64,000 bases of DNA from the human T2T-CHM13v2.0 reference genome, Homo sapiens: assembly GCF_009914755.1 (NCBI RefSeq), contig NC_060947.1. One strand, written 5' to 3'. Positions 27,353 to 42,040 of the stretch are shown piece by piece (position 1 is the stretch's first letter; every line of letters begins with the position of its first letter). The translations under genes were made by a program, and so were the position numbers. Below the pieces are notes generated by a model. The model was not told the origin of the DNA. It saw only the letters and a list, made by a program, of their open reading frames with translations, and made no database searches.

Positions 27353-27817
27353 TGAAAGGCTTTTGAGACAAATATATCGGAGTTTGACCTTGAAAGTTGC
27401 TTTACTGTTCTTAAACATACCGATAGGGAAACCGAAGTCCAAAGAGGGTAAGTAAATTGTTCAAGGCTATCGATATTATGTAAAAGAGGCAATAGGCATG
27501 TACCTGTCTGCCTTCACATTTACATTCCATTCCCATGTTCTGTTCCAACAGTGCATGGCAGCAGGTCAGTTGTGAAGGGTTTGTTGCCTTGGGTTGGTTA
27601 GACTAATCACTCATAAGCCTTTACCCAGTTAGAAGCAACTTGATTCCACATTCATTATTTCCCCCTTTATTAGTGGAGGGGAGAAACTTAAAAGGTAGTG
27701 GGGAATACTGCTATTAATAAAGATGATTTCATTTCAATAATCCATTTTAACTTTCATGTCAAACATTGCATCACATTATTCTGGGTCAAATTTATTATTC
27801 CAAATTAATAATTTTTT

Positions 27818-28182
<365 letters not shown>

Positions 28183-29400
28183 TGAAACTGAATAAAAGTT
28201 CTGAATCTCACTCTGAAAGCTCAAAACAAAAATCACAGCTTTTAGTAGGATTAACTATATCATTTCCCTCTTAAATAGAAATCATTTATTTTTCACATGA
28301 AACCAATGGTAGTAGATGACAAAGTTTATTCTGTTTGACGTGAGATTATACACATGACCTCTGGATCAGTAAATCTGTAAAGAATGTCACAATCGTGGAA
28401 TATTAGTATAAATTGCCATGAATTTAAAACTGCTATTAAAATAAAACACTTAAGGGTCCTATTTAAAAAGCTGAAGTATGCTCATCAGATTGAAATTCAC
28501 AGTATGGAGAACCTGACAGTTTGAGACACTCTAAAATCTACAATATTTGCATGTATAATGTCTAGGTGGACAAAACTGATCTTTTAAAAAACCTTATAAA
28601 TTCTTATGGTCATTCCCATATTCCTCAAATTCCACTTGAAATTTAATATACACAGGCTGCAAATCATTTTATAATCTCAGATTACATAAAAAAAAAACAG
28701 AAAAATAAGTCTCATGACTAATAGTGTTTTACAAAAATTAGTATCACAAAAATATAACCAAAAATGCTAATTATGTTAACATGCAAGTATATTCATTGGT
28801 TTATTTTTCATTCTTAGTGATCTTTAACTGCTTCTTATCATTAAAGAGAAAAAATGTTTATTAATTGGAGTTGTTTTATGGTGATTTGCAAACTGTAATC
28901 ACTCAATATATATTTACCAAATGGGTTCTTTTGATTTACCAATTGATAATTACACAAAGGCAAACATGGTTTAACGGAGAAAAGCAATATGAAAATACGA
29001 CTGCTAATTCACAAAATAAGAGCAAATGACCTTTGCGTATTTTCCAAAGCTGCGAGGAACATATAAAGGACATTGCACACCCTCTACTCGTTCAAAATCC
29101 CCCTTACTGCTGTAGCTCCAGCAAACAAGCGGCTATTTGCTTAGCACTTCTGAGTAACCAGTGTTTTCAATCATGTGATAAGCGAGAGCAGGGGAATTGG
29201 CACATTTGCAAACATACCTTTGTGGAGTCAGAAGGCTTTTAAACCCTTGCTCCTGTAATTGGCCAAATCTGTCTTGAATAAAGGGAAGCAGGTATAAAAC
29301 TATCAAAAATTCAGGCTACTGGAACATTTCCTTATTTCCATTCACAGTTTTCACATTCTACTTTGTTAGCACCATAAATAAATATATCATTCAACCTGTG

Positions 29401-29993
29401 TGTCTGAAATGCTTATTCCCCGGTGCCATAAAGAAATAGCACTTGGACACAAATTTAATTTCCTCAGCAAGGCCATTTTTATACTTTCTGCAGAAACGGT
29501 ACACTCACCAGCAGTTTTGCCACGAGAGTACACCGAACAAAGGAGACGGGGTCATTTATAACCTGACGCGTCCGCCCTACTGCTGTGTCCAGTTTCCATT
29601 GGCTGGAACGGGACCTCACATTCTGTATTTGTCCCAATTGGCTAGCAACTTAGAACTTTTTAAAAGAGGCAAAGGCAGAGGAGACCAAAGGAAGGAGGAA
29701 GTAACTTGCGGAATGCTGAGAAAGGTAAAAAACAGCTTCACATAAGGAAGAGGCACAGGCTATGACCTAATGCTTGCTTGGACCAGTATAAGCATGCCAG
29801 GGCAATGCTTATATTTAGGCTAAATTGTGGGAGCTAAGAACATAAAGTACATTGATTTCTTTATTACAGCTCGCAGATATTTAAGAAGGTTAGCACAGGT
29901 CTTTGATTAAATTTTGCTTCTAAGAGAAAGTTACTATTTATTCCTAATTAGATGGGGAGGAAAGTCTTTGAAGAAGAACCTCTACTTTTTACA
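29401..29993 (-). mobile_element. LTR10C solo LTR
   Basis: minus strand starts TGTAAAAAGTAGAGGTTCTTCTTCAAAGACTTTCCTCCCCATCTAATTAGG; flanks TGTG/TGAG. Confidence 0.85.
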
Positions 29994-30431
29994 TGAGGTT
30001 ACTGAAAAGTGTGTGAAATGTGTATGTTTGCTACTAAATCCTATTTTCAATACACAAGTCAAGTGAGCTTTGTAAGAGAACCATAGAGAAACCTTCACTA
30101 AGAAGAAAACGCCTGTCAAGGAAAGAACTATACATTCTCTGACTGGGTCATTCTTAATCTTTCGGGGTTATTGGACAACTTTGAAAATATATGAAAAGTC
30201 AGACATTCTTTCAAGGGAGAAAAATAGGACAGATAAACACAGTTTTGCATTCAGTTTTAGGAAGTTCAAAGACCCCTCCCCAAAACCTCAGATTTTAAAA
30301 AGAAATTCTGCTCTTATTCATTGCTTGTGAGAGCGTATTAGAGCTTAAGGAAGTAAATGTGAAGTAAAGGTAACATCCCATTATATCTACCATCAGGTTA
30401 AAAATACCTTTTAATCTTGCTTTGAATAATA

Positions 30432-30560
30432 CTGATTGAATGATTCATTCATTCATGCATTTAACACATGTTATTTAGTATGTATTACGTACAAGTGTCT
30501 GTTTTAGGTGCTAGGGAGCAACGAATAAGACAAAAACACAGCTCTAATTAAGTTTATATG
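30432..30560 (-). mobile_element. L2 3' end
   Basis: attcattcattcatgcatttaacac...taggtgctaggg...gaataagaca. Confidence 0.7.
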
Positions 30561-30639
30561 TTGAAATGCTATTCAAGCTACCCAGAGTGTATGTATGTAA
30601 CAAGGTGAAAAAAGAATCTTAAGCTGCTATACCGGCATT

Positions 30640-30835
30640 ATGGTTTTTTTTTAAATTTATGTTTATTTGACCAACAACAATTGAAGCTATTTATGGGGTA
30701 CCATATGATGTTTGATATGCATACATTCCAGAAACAATCAAGTCAATCAACATATTCATCACCTCACTAACCCACCATTTTTCTGTGGTGAGAAAGTTAA
30801 CAGTCCTGTCTTTTTTAGCAATTCTGAATTACGGT
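30640..30835 (-). mobile_element. L1M 3' fragment
   Basis: tttatggggtaccatatgatgtttgatatg...catattcatcacctcac. Confidence 0.6.
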
Positions 30836-31469
30836 AAACAATGATTGGCAATCCTAGCTGTATATTAGAATCACCTGGGGAACTCTGAATCTCAGTGCTC
30901 CAGCTCCATGGCTGAAATGTCACCTGCCTTCTTTCTCCTATCTCACAAACTTTCTATGGAGAGTATTACACTAAGAAATGCTTTGTGTATTCTGTTTGCA
31001 TTTTATGTGTGCATGTGTGCACACATGATCATGGGCACATGTGCGTGCATGCGCGTGTGTGTATGTCTGTGTGTGTATAGTGTTTGAGGATAGGAAAATA
31101 TCTGAGTTGCACGTAGGTATAGATCTATTCCAGAGGTGGCCCAGCACACGTAGGATGGAGAGATAATCTATGAACAGAATAATTAACTACATGTTGCTGT
31201 GATAGGCTGGGGTCCCCTTGGGGAAAATGAGCAAGACTTCCGGAGGACACTGAGTTCTCACAGTATGTATCTTAAATGTTAGGGAGACCCTAAAGGGTAT
31301 GTGGGTCATACTTACTTTGGAAATATTTGTGCTGGCTGTGGCTATAAAATATTGTAGTACTTTTCACCGGTTTTGAGTACAACTAAAACCAAAGGAATAA
31401 GTGGCTGCAGATTTGAAGCAACCCCTATAAAAAGGTAGCACTCATTTAAGTTATATTATACTTATTATT

Positions 31470-31615
31470 TTTCTATTGTTTTCTTTTTCTTTCTTTCCTT
31501 CTTGTTTGTTCTTTCTTCTTGTTTCTTTTCTTCTTTCTTCCTCCCCTCCTTGCTTCCTTCCTTCCCTCTCTCCCTTTTCCTCATACCTTTCCTCCCTTTT
31601 TTCTTTCTTGTTTTT
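31470..31615. repeat. CT-rich low complexity
   Basis: polypyrimidine TTTC/CTTC tract. Confidence 0.85.
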
Positions 31616-32176
31616 ACACTTTTAATCAGTTATATATTAATTTGACTAAAGGAGATAAGTAGTACGTCATCTATCCAACCCAGTATACTCAACAATAGAC
31701 CTTGTAACTAATCAAGAGTGCTACAATTCTGGAACTATGTAAAAAAATACACTAAATTCTGTAAGACCTTTTTGGCCCTGAATATAATCTATGCTGGGAA
31801 GTGATGTTTTCACCTGGTTACAAGTATGACTCAAAAAGAAAACAACTCATTCCTGGACCTCCCTCAATGTAAGCTAATTAATTTTCTATGTTTTCTATAG
31901 TTCTAAGTTTACTTTGATGAATTGCTCACAAGCTACAAGAATGTAACTCAAAGAAATGGTGCTGAGAGATATAGTGGAACTTTGTGAGCCTTGTTTGCTG
32001 TTGTATATTTTTTAGAAGAGTTGGCTTTTTTGAATCTACGAAGGACCTAATTTTAATAATATAACAAGCTCCTATCTGACACATACTATTTCATGGTATC
32101 TAACATTTTATTACCAAGTACTAATTTCTCTTAAATTTCACAATTTATATTTGTTTATTAAAATATTTATATTCTA

Positions 32177-32485
<309 letters not shown>

Positions 32486-32498
32486 TTATATTCTATAT

Positions 32499-32716
32499 TA
32501 GTGTCCCCTCAACCTCAGTAATACTGACATTTTCTGCAAAGAAAATATCCCTTGTGAGTTTCTGTCCTGTGCATTGTAGGATGTGTAGCAGCACACGTGA
32601 CCTCAATCCACTAGATGCCAGTTGTACCCCTCCCACGAGCTGTGGCAACCAAAAATGTTTCCATATAGTGCCAATGTCTTTTAGGGTGCAAAATTATCCC
32701 CAGTTGAGGACCATGG
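32499..32716 (+). mobile_element. MER20 (hAT-Charlie)
   Basis: ctgtcctgtgcattgtaggatgtgtagcagca...cactagatgccag...caaccaaaaatgtttcc...cccagttgaggacc. Confidence 0.88.
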
Positions 32717-32754
32717 ACATATAACATGCCATAAGGAATTCAAATTAGCTTGTA

Positions 32755-33168
32755 AAATACACACAGTAAAATAAAAACAAAGTATAAATAAGAATCAAGT
32801 TTCACAAACAAATGTATATGTTGATAGAAATCCAAAATCACTGGGAGAGGAAGGGAATAGAGGTATGTAGATCTTAAGGGCTGAAAGATCTGATGTTATT
32901 GAGCCTGGCCTGTCAACTTAAGAATTATAAAGTCTACACATTTGGAAAGGAGATTTTATTCTTATAAAGTGTTGCAGCCTACAAGGTGGCCATGCTAACA
33001 GGCTGGGAAGCATAGACTGTGACAGAGACCATGTATTAGTTTGTTTTCACACTGCTATAAAAAACTGTCTGATACTGAGTATTTTATAAAGGAAATAGAT
33101 TTAATTGACTCACAGTTCTGTATGTCTGAGGAGGCCACAGGAAACTTATAATGGTGGCAGAAGGCACC
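32755..33168. repeat. Direct repeat copy 1 (414 bp)
   Basis: aligns colinearly with 33696-34108; ends exactly at the TG of the MLT2A LTR. Confidence 0.92.
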
Positions 33169-33695
33169 TGTGATGGTTAATATTGAGTATCAACTTGGTT
33201 GCATTGAAAGATGCAAAGTATTGTTCCTGGGTGAGTCTGTGAGGTTGTTGCCAAAGGAGATTAACATTTGAGTCAGTAGACTGGGAGAGGGAGACCCACG
33301 CTCAATCTGGGTGGACACCATCTAATCAGCTGCCAGCATAAAAGCAGACATGAAAAGAGCAGACTTGCTGAGTCTTCTGGCTGCCATCTTTCTGCCATGC
33401 TGGATGCTTCCTGCTCTCGAACTTCAGACTCAAAGTTCTTCAGCTTTGGACTCTTGGACTTACAACAGTGGATTGCCAAGGGCTCTAGGGCCTTTGGCCA
33501 CAGACTGAAGACTGCACTATCGGCTTCCTTACTTTTGAAGTTTTGGGACTCAGACTGGCTTCCTGGCTCTCCAGCTGGCAGACAGCCTGTTGTGGGACTT
33601 CACCTTGCGTTCATGTGAGCCCATTCTCCTAATAAATTCCCCTTCATATATTCATCTATCCTATTCTGTCCCTTTAGAGAACCCTGACTAATACA
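33169..33695 (+). mobile_element. MLT2A (HERV-L) solo LTR
   Basis: TGTGATGGTTAATATTGAGTATCAAC...GAACCCTGACTAATACA. Confidence 0.92.
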
Positions 33696-34108
33696 AAATA
33701 CATACAGTAAAATGAAGACAAAATATAAATAAGAATCAAGTATCACTAACAAATAAACCTATATATTTGTAGAAATCCAAAATCAGTGGGAGAGGAGACG
33801 AATAGTGGTATGTAGAACTTAAGGGCTGACAGATCTGATATTGATAAGCCTGTCAACTTAAGAATCATGACATCTACAAATTTGGAAATGAGACTTTATT
33901 CTTATAAAGTGTTGCAGCCTGCAAGGTGGCCATTCCAACAGGCTGGGAAGCACAGACTGTGGCAGAGACCATGTATTAGTCTGTTCTCATGCTGTTATAA
34001 CGAACTACCTGAGACTTGGTAATTTATAAAGAAAACAGGTTTAATTGACTCACAGTTCTGCATGACTGGGGAGGCCTCAGGAAACTCATAATCATGGTGG
34101 AAGGCACC
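33696..34108. repeat. Direct repeat copy 2 (413 bp)
   Basis: starts immediately after the LTR CA; same unique + MER4-type end + THE1 end order as copy 1. Confidence 0.92.
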
Positions 34109-34955
34109 TCTTTACAGGGCGGCAGGAGAGAGAATGAGCCCAGTGAAGGGGGAAGCCCTTTATAAAACCATCAGATCCCATGAGAACTCACTATCATAAG
34201 AACAACATGGGGGAAACCACCCCCAGGATCCATTCACCTCTCAACAGGTCTCTCCCTAGACACATGGGGATTATGGGGACTACAATTCAAGATGAGATTT
34301 GTATGGGGACACAGCCAAACCATATCAGACCACGAGCAGACCCCAAAAGATAGAAATGGGTGAGGCAAGAATTTATGCTGAACAGGTTGGCCAAGTATAC
34401 ATATTTAACAGGTTTTAAGCAGAGCTATGTATATTCACAAAGAGGGGTGGTATGCATGGGTGATTGATTAGCAAACATACATGTTATGTATGTCCCACGT
34501 TCACCTTAAGGTGCATTCTTAACATTTAAATACATTAAAATTAGGTCCCATATATCAAAAAGGGAAGCAGGGCCACGAAAGCCCTCAAGCGTGTAACTTC
34601 TGTAAAACAGCCAGAAACCAGCTCATGGTCGGTGGTTTCTTACCAAGAGAAAGTTACTGAAATCAGTCTGCTGTCCAGTAAAGCCGTAGTTTTGGCTTGT
34701 GGAATAGAGGGTCAGTTAGTCAGTGTCTGTTGGTGGATGAGCTGAAATTGTTTTATTTTTGCTGATCTGCAGGCCAGTGCTTGTTTGGTTGCTAAGGAAA
34801 AAAAAAAAAACTTGTGGGAGTTAGAACATAGTTTATTCTTTAAGTGTTGTAGGTATATGGCTTAACCCTTGCCTGACATGAACTTAGATCTTGTTTATAA
34901 TTTGATATCTTATTGCTGAAAAGTACATTCACACAGTCTGTGATCTCTATTTTAA
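33851..34955 (-). mobile_element. MER4-group (MER4C/D-like) ERV1 LTR, 5'-truncated, split by THE1
   Basis: tgtcaacttaag... terminus; gttagaacatagtttattctttaagtg is the reverse complement of motifs in the LTR at 48672. Confidence 0.7.
33972..34327 (-). mobile_element. THE1D/MSTA-type MaLR solo LTR
   Basis: TGTATTAGTC...CAGCCAAACCATATCA; perfect 5-bp TSD GACCA. Confidence 0.9.
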
Positions 34956-35049
34956 GAAACCTCACAGATTTTTTTGCTTAGCTTTTCTGTAGACAAAGTA
35001 AAGAGACAGGGAATAAGAGAAACAGAGAGACAGAGGCAAAGACAGAGAA

Positions 35050-35715
35050 ATTGACTTAACATGTGTACATGAACTGTTTATATATCCTACAATCTTTTTT
35101 TTTTATAAACATACAAAACACACATGCAAACAGACAGGCACATAGATGCCCCTTCTCCATCTCAGTAATAACTCCAGTCATCTATATTTATTCAATTTTT
35201 TCAAAAGCGTGAAACCCAATGATTGTCTTGGTTCCTCTCTTTCTCTTACCCACCTACCCCACATTCAATCTATTATTAGCAAATCTTGTCTATTATATCG
35301 CCAAAATCCATCTGAAATCCGTCTATTTTGCTCCATCTTATTGGCCATTTACCTTAATCCAAGCTTCTATCATCTCTTGCCTGGTTTACACTAACAGCCT
35401 TCTAATTTGTCTCTTCATTTCTATTTTTTACCCTTTCAACCACTTCTCAGAGGAATCTTCTTGAATGTACATCAAATCATGTTACTCTCCCACTCAAACA
35501 CTTCAATGGCTTATAACTGAACTCAGAATAAAATCTGAACTCCAAAATCCAGATCCTGCCTATTACTCCAAACTGTTTCCTATTTCTCTCCCATGGAGCA
35601 CCATGAGTCAACCAGATTGATCTTCTTTCAGTTCTTCCAATATAGAAGACTCTTCCTCCACATCAGGTACTGCACATTATTTCCAACTTTTGACAAGGGC
35701 ATCATTTCATGACTT
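35050..35715 (+). mobile_element. L2
   Basis: ccccacattcaatctattattagcaaatcttgtc...aatcatgttactctcccactcaaacacttcaatggc...aataaaatctgaactcc. Confidence 0.75.
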
Positions 35716-35716
35716 T

Positions 35717-35734
35717 CAGTTACAATAACAATAT

Positions 35735-35773
<39 letters not shown>

Positions 35774-36350
35774 AAAATACATACACTTATACACGAATAT
35801 GACTTGTTTCAGGGATTTAACCTTAGGCAATTGTAGGAGCTGCATAGGGCATCTTTTTAATGCCATTATTTTCATGAATGATTTTGGAACGTGACATTTA
35901 TAGGGAAGGCATTGAAGAAAGAAGATGAATGTAAAATGGGGAGAGCAAAGACAAGCTGGAACCCCAGGAACATGAGCTGCAGCCCATGAGGATGGTCAGG
36001 AATCAACAAAGATTAACTGGAGTTGTGTCAGTTCGTATTGTCTTCAACCCTGGTTAAGTGGGAGTTTTGCAGGAAAACTTGGTGCCCTTTGTCATGGAGC
36101 TTACAACTCATACAAAGGAGAGGAGTCAGCACATAAGACACAAGATGTATGAACTACAGAAGCACCTCCCCAGACCTCTTGTAAGTGGGGAAAAAAACCA
36201 CCTTGATCAGTGCTGCTTCTCTTTCATCCACCAAATCTTATGCAAAAATGTCTCTTATGGCCCAACCTATCAGAAACATACATACGGGAAAGAAGAATTC
36301 TGGGGAAAATGCTTTAGTCTAGCCATGTTGGCAAATTGCAGAGCCACCAC
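35717..36350 (-). mobile_element. MLT2F-like ERVL LTR
   Basis: gggatttaaccttaggcaattgtaggagct...aagctggaacccc...gaattctggggaaaatg...ctagccatgttggca. Confidence 0.5.
35737..35765. repeat. (CA)n microsatellite
   Basis: AC run. Confidence 0.95.
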
Positions 36351-38397
36351 ATCCTCCAAACTGATTGCATTCTGGTATAGGATATAAATATGTCTATTCA
36401 TTTTGAACCAAATGCAACAAAAACTTAGAAAACTTACATGCTGAAAAAATTAAGTAACATAGGACACTTAGGTTGATTTATCAGTAGTTCTTTAAAGGTG
36501 CAAAATTTCTAAAATTAAATTGGTCATGGGCAGCAAACATGTCTAAACTATTTGGCTGACTTTTTTTGTTATTATACAGTACTAGTTTCTTCACAAAATA
36601 TTATCACTGAAATATTTTGTGTATATAATATTTTTAAAAATTTTGAAAACCATGACTTCCGTTTGGATTCACAGAACATTGTTACTTTTGTAGATGTAAT
36701 TGTAAATTATGTATGTACTACTACCAATTTAAGGTACATTTCTGCCCTATATCTTTCTTATTTTAGTGGAAATGTTGTTTTACCAAACTGGGACCTCCCA
36801 GTATCTGAATTATGACTACAGTTTTGAACTGTTAAAGAAAATTTTAAATGACATTTAAAATCACTTCGGATATTTCATTTTTGACACAATGATTTTTCAA
36901 AAGCTTTGATTTCATAAATTTGACTTCTTAAAATAAATAGAACTAAATTCAATTATTATTGAAATAGTATTGAGAAAATTTCATTTTTATCTGAAGTATC
37001 TGATAATACTGACATAAAATCACCTTTTTTGGCCATCTTCGAATATTATCTTCTGCAAGTATAAGCTACACATTACAAGATATTATGTAACTTTTCCTGC
37101 ATGTGGTAGCATATTGAATTTTAAAATGGGTGACATTTATTTAGAACAACGATTTGATCTAAAGGACAAGTTGTACTTCATAGAGTAACATGTAAACTCA
37201 AATTTTGCAGCTGCATGTGTTAATGGTAAGCCTTCAGTCACAGTCTTCGTACATAACGAGTAACATTTAAAGTAGTTGCCAATGCTTTTTCAGCAGATTT
37301 GTGATTTTCTGGTTTCCGTATGAACAGGGATAGCACTATGACCCCAGTAAGGACAGAGGATGGGGGTAAACATATAAAATGTTTTTCATTGTTAACTTCC
37401 TTGAGAGACAAAAATTGAGCACTTAATTTTTTTCATTAAACATGAATTTTCAGTTTTTGTGCTCATAACTACAAAAAAATTACAAAATTCCTTAAATAAT
37501 AAAGAATAAAAAAATTGTCCATATACAACTTGTAAAAATGAGAGACGACTACATTTGAATTTGAAAAGACATTTGAATTACTCTTTTACTGATTACAGCA
37601 TGGCTGCTCTGCCCAAATTTCCTACATATATTTCTTGGACACAACCTATAATTTTCTAGGTTTCCCAGTGCCCCTGACAAGTGGTAACCTAGAGGTCTAT
37701 GAAGTTTGCAGTTCCTGGTATAGATCATAGCACAACTGACTTACAGAGAGGCAGCAGAGTCAATTACTTCTCCCATCAAACTCTGAGACTAGAATAAGTA
37801 GTTGTCCATAGCACCTTCCAACAGACACTTCATTTTATCTGCAGACATCTTGCATGCTCTTTGAAAATGAAGGTCAGAGGAAAAGAAATGAGTTATCACT
37901 GTTCACTGCACAAGCATATCACATATTACCAAATAAGACCGAGTCAGAAAATAGAAGTATAAATTTCAGATCAGCCAAAGCAACCCTGGCATACTTTAAT
38001 GTAGCAATTAATATTAATACTCTATTAAAAATGAAATATATAGAAAAATGCAAGATTGGACTGGATTCCAAGAGTACAGGAATAAACAAGGAGCCGTCTA
38101 AAGCAAACTGGGACTTACAATTACTCTACACTTAGGTAACTATGACTCGCTTTAAGTTTCAGAACTTATTCAAAGCTTTTCTCCATCTCCTAACTTGGGC
38201 TTTGGGATCTGCCTTTGAGAACAGGGTGAATAGGTGGTGCCTGGTCTCTTCCTTCACTCTTCTCTGAACTATACTTCTTCTAGCCAGACAGATGGAGCCA
38301 GCCTTTAAAATTACCTCAAATAATTCTCATATTCTGGTATTCACAACTTTGTTTATCCCTTCTCACACTGTAGAGGGCTGACCTATATGACCAATAG

Positions 38398-38756
<359 letters not shown>

Positions 38757-38893
38757 AACGGAGTGTTATTTCTGACAGTTAGTCATAAAAGATGCTGGGA
38801 CATCTTCTTTGTTTTCTCTATTAAATCACTTGCTTTTGGGGATGCCAGCTACCACAATGTGAAGGCATTTGAGGAGCCTTATGAAGCAGTCCA

Positions 38894-39830
38894 TAAATTT
38901 TTGCAATCTACTCATCTGACAAAGGGTTAACATCCAGAATCTACAATGAACTCAAACAAATTTACAAGAAAAAAACAAACAACCCCATCAAAAAGTGGGC
39001 AAAGGATATGAACAGACGCTTCTCAAAAGAAGACATTTATGCAGCCAAAAGACACATGAAAAAATGCTCATCATCACTGGCCATCAGAGAAATGCAAATC
39101 AAAACCGCAATGAGATACCAACTCACACCAGTTAGAATGGCGATCATTAAAAAGTCAGGAAACAACAGGTGCTGGAGAGGATGTGGAGAAATGGGAACAC
39201 TTTTACACTGTTGGTGGGACTGTAAACTAGTTCAACCATTGTGGAAGTCAGTGTGGCGATTCCTCAGGGATCTAGAACTAGAAATACCATTTGACCCAGC
39301 CATCCCATTACTGGGTATATACCCAAAGGATTATAAATCATGCTGCTATAAAGACACATGCACACATATGTTTATTGCGGCACTATTCACAATAGCAAAG
39401 ACTTGGAACCAACCCAAATGTCCCACAATGATAGACTGGATGAAGAAAATGTGGCACATATACACCATGGAATACTATGCAGCCATAAAAAATGGTGAGT
39501 TCATGTCCTTTGTAGGGACATGGATGAAGCTGGAAACCATCATTCTCAGCAAACTATAGCAAGGACAAAAAACCAAACACCGCATGTTCTCACTCCTAGG
39601 TGGGAATTGAACGATGAGAACACATGGACACAGGAAAGGGAACATCACACGCCGGGGCCTGTTGTGGGGTCGGGGGAGGGGAGAGGGATAGCATTAGGTG
39701 GTATACCTAATGCTAAGTGAGGAGTTACTGGGTGCAGCACACCAACATGGCACATGTATACATATGTAACAAACCTGCACGTTATGCACATGCACCCTAA
39801 AACTTAAAGTATAATAAAATAAAAAAGAAA
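38894..39830 (+). mobile_element. Young L1PA (~PA4-5), 5'-truncated
   Basis: ORF 39008-39559 is the ORF2 C-terminus (CWRGCGE..HCWWDC zinc knuckle); 3'UTR G-rich tract and A-tail. Confidence 0.95.
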
Positions 39831-40223
39831 ATAAACTGAAGCCTTTTTCCAACAGCTAACAAGCAATTGAGGCTTCCTACCAACAGCTATGTGAGAGAAC
39901 CATCTTGGAAGTGAATTATCTTGCCTCTGTCGAGCCTTCAGATGACTGCATCTGCAACCAACATATTGATTGCAAACTCATGAAAGATCTCAAGTCAGAG
40001 CTACCTAGCTAAGCCACTTCTGAAATTTTACCCACAAAGTCTGTGGAATAATAAATGTTTATTGTATCTAAGACAATTTTGGGGGGAATAATTTGTTACA
40101 CAGCAAGAAAGAACTAATAGACTCCCCCAGCATTAAGAAGTAGTAGGGTAATTACAGGAGTGGGACAAGTCTTGTATTGGCTGCTGTATTTATAAATTCA
40201 GCCTTTAGGGCTTCATTTTATAA

Positions 40224-40573
<350 letters not shown>

Positions 40574-41844
40574 AGTTATTCCTTAGAGCATTGTTTTATT
40601 TTGTTTTGTTTTTATTTCCACAATGATTTTTTTTTTTTTTTTATGCAGGCAACACAGTCTCTGGAAGACTTCTTGCCACACCCTTTAATCTTCTGCCCTG
40701 GGAAGCATACCCATAGTTTATTCTTGTTCCAGTCCTTTCACCCTAGCAGGATGCTTTCTTGGGCATAGTCCCATCAAAGTTTCAAGATGACTCAAACAGA
40801 CGACCTTCTGAGGTGCCCACTTAGCCAAAAGGAACAATCTCTCATTTTAGACACACCTAAAGATAAAAATGCAGTTTGCCCAACTGCCAATCTCTCTGTC
40901 CTTACACTGCCATTTGGAGCTACTCCGTCCACTCAGTTTTTATGTTCATTTATATTCCTAGACTTCTAAAGACACTGTCCAGTTCTTCCAAAGACTCTTT
41001 CTCTATGCTCCATCTGGGTAGGCTCATCACTTGAGCCTATGAATGTCTGTAGCTTGGGAAGCTTCCTTCTGGATAATGCAATACCTATCTTCTCTTACAG
41101 GGACACTGAATTTGTACAAGTTGACATTAAGGAATCTTCTCACAACTCTGGTTTACTGGGAAAGATTTCAAAAGGCATTGCAGTTTTTATTCCTATATGT
41201 CCCCTTCAATAAAATATCCCTTAAAATGTATAGTATTACCTTCTGAAGGCTGGACGTAGCATACATAACTGGACCAATTTTGCTAGCTTTTAGTATGTCC
41301 TGCATAGATGTGTTGTGCATTACTCTCCTCAGCTCTGAGATTTTAGCCAAAATCGCTAGACAACTGAAAAAGCCACAACTTATTATCTTGTCATAATAAT
41401 CCTCAAATTTATATTCTCCTCACTAGCTAGAACATAGATGAAAGGTACATAATATGTTTTCTTTTTAAATAAAGAGATGAAATAAATTAAATCTTATTAT
41501 CAGTGACATAACTACTTATGTTCTAAAATAAATTTTCCATATGAAGCATCCTATAGCAGTTATTTTGTAACATAATGGCTAATTTTCAACTGTGTGAAAC
41601 TGAGTAATGACTTTTAAAAACCAAGGATATAACAAAGCTATGTTTCCAAAAATAATCAAATTCATATTCTTCACACAACTCAGGAGGAGAATACCTCTAG
41701 TAAATGAGATCAAAACTTAGCAAAGAAGAAAGAGGAAAAATCTGAAACAATAAAAATATGGAAATCACAGTTGCCAAACAGTAAACTACAATAGCAACAA
41801 TTAATTTCTGACTCACTCTGAAAAACTCCTATGAAGAAATGCTT

Positions 41845-42040
41845 AGGAACATGTATTCTGGAGTTAAAATTTACCATCTGTATGACCTTGTGTAAATTAC
41901 TTAAATTATATAAGCATTAGTTATTTCGTTTTTCAGAATAGATGAAAATTGAACCTCACAGGGTGGTTGGAAGAATTAAATTAGATAATGCATATAGAAC
42001 ACATAATGCATAGTCAATATGTAATAAATGTTAGCTTCTA
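41845..42040 (+). mobile_element. MIR
   Basis: ctgtatgaccttgtgtaaattacttaa...aacctcacagggtggttggaagaattaaattagataatgc. Confidence 0.75.

Noticed and set aside
29443-29745. 100-aa ORF
   Set aside because: Lies wholly within the LTR10C antisense strand; chance frame
37230-37360. Minus-strand frame VLSLFIRKPENHKSAEKALATTLNVTRYVRRL
   Set aside because: No convincing splice sites and no recognisable homology
39008-39559. 183-aa ORF, the longest in the track
   Set aside because: C-terminus of L1 ORF2 in a 5'-truncated copy with no promoter or RT domain; not a host gene
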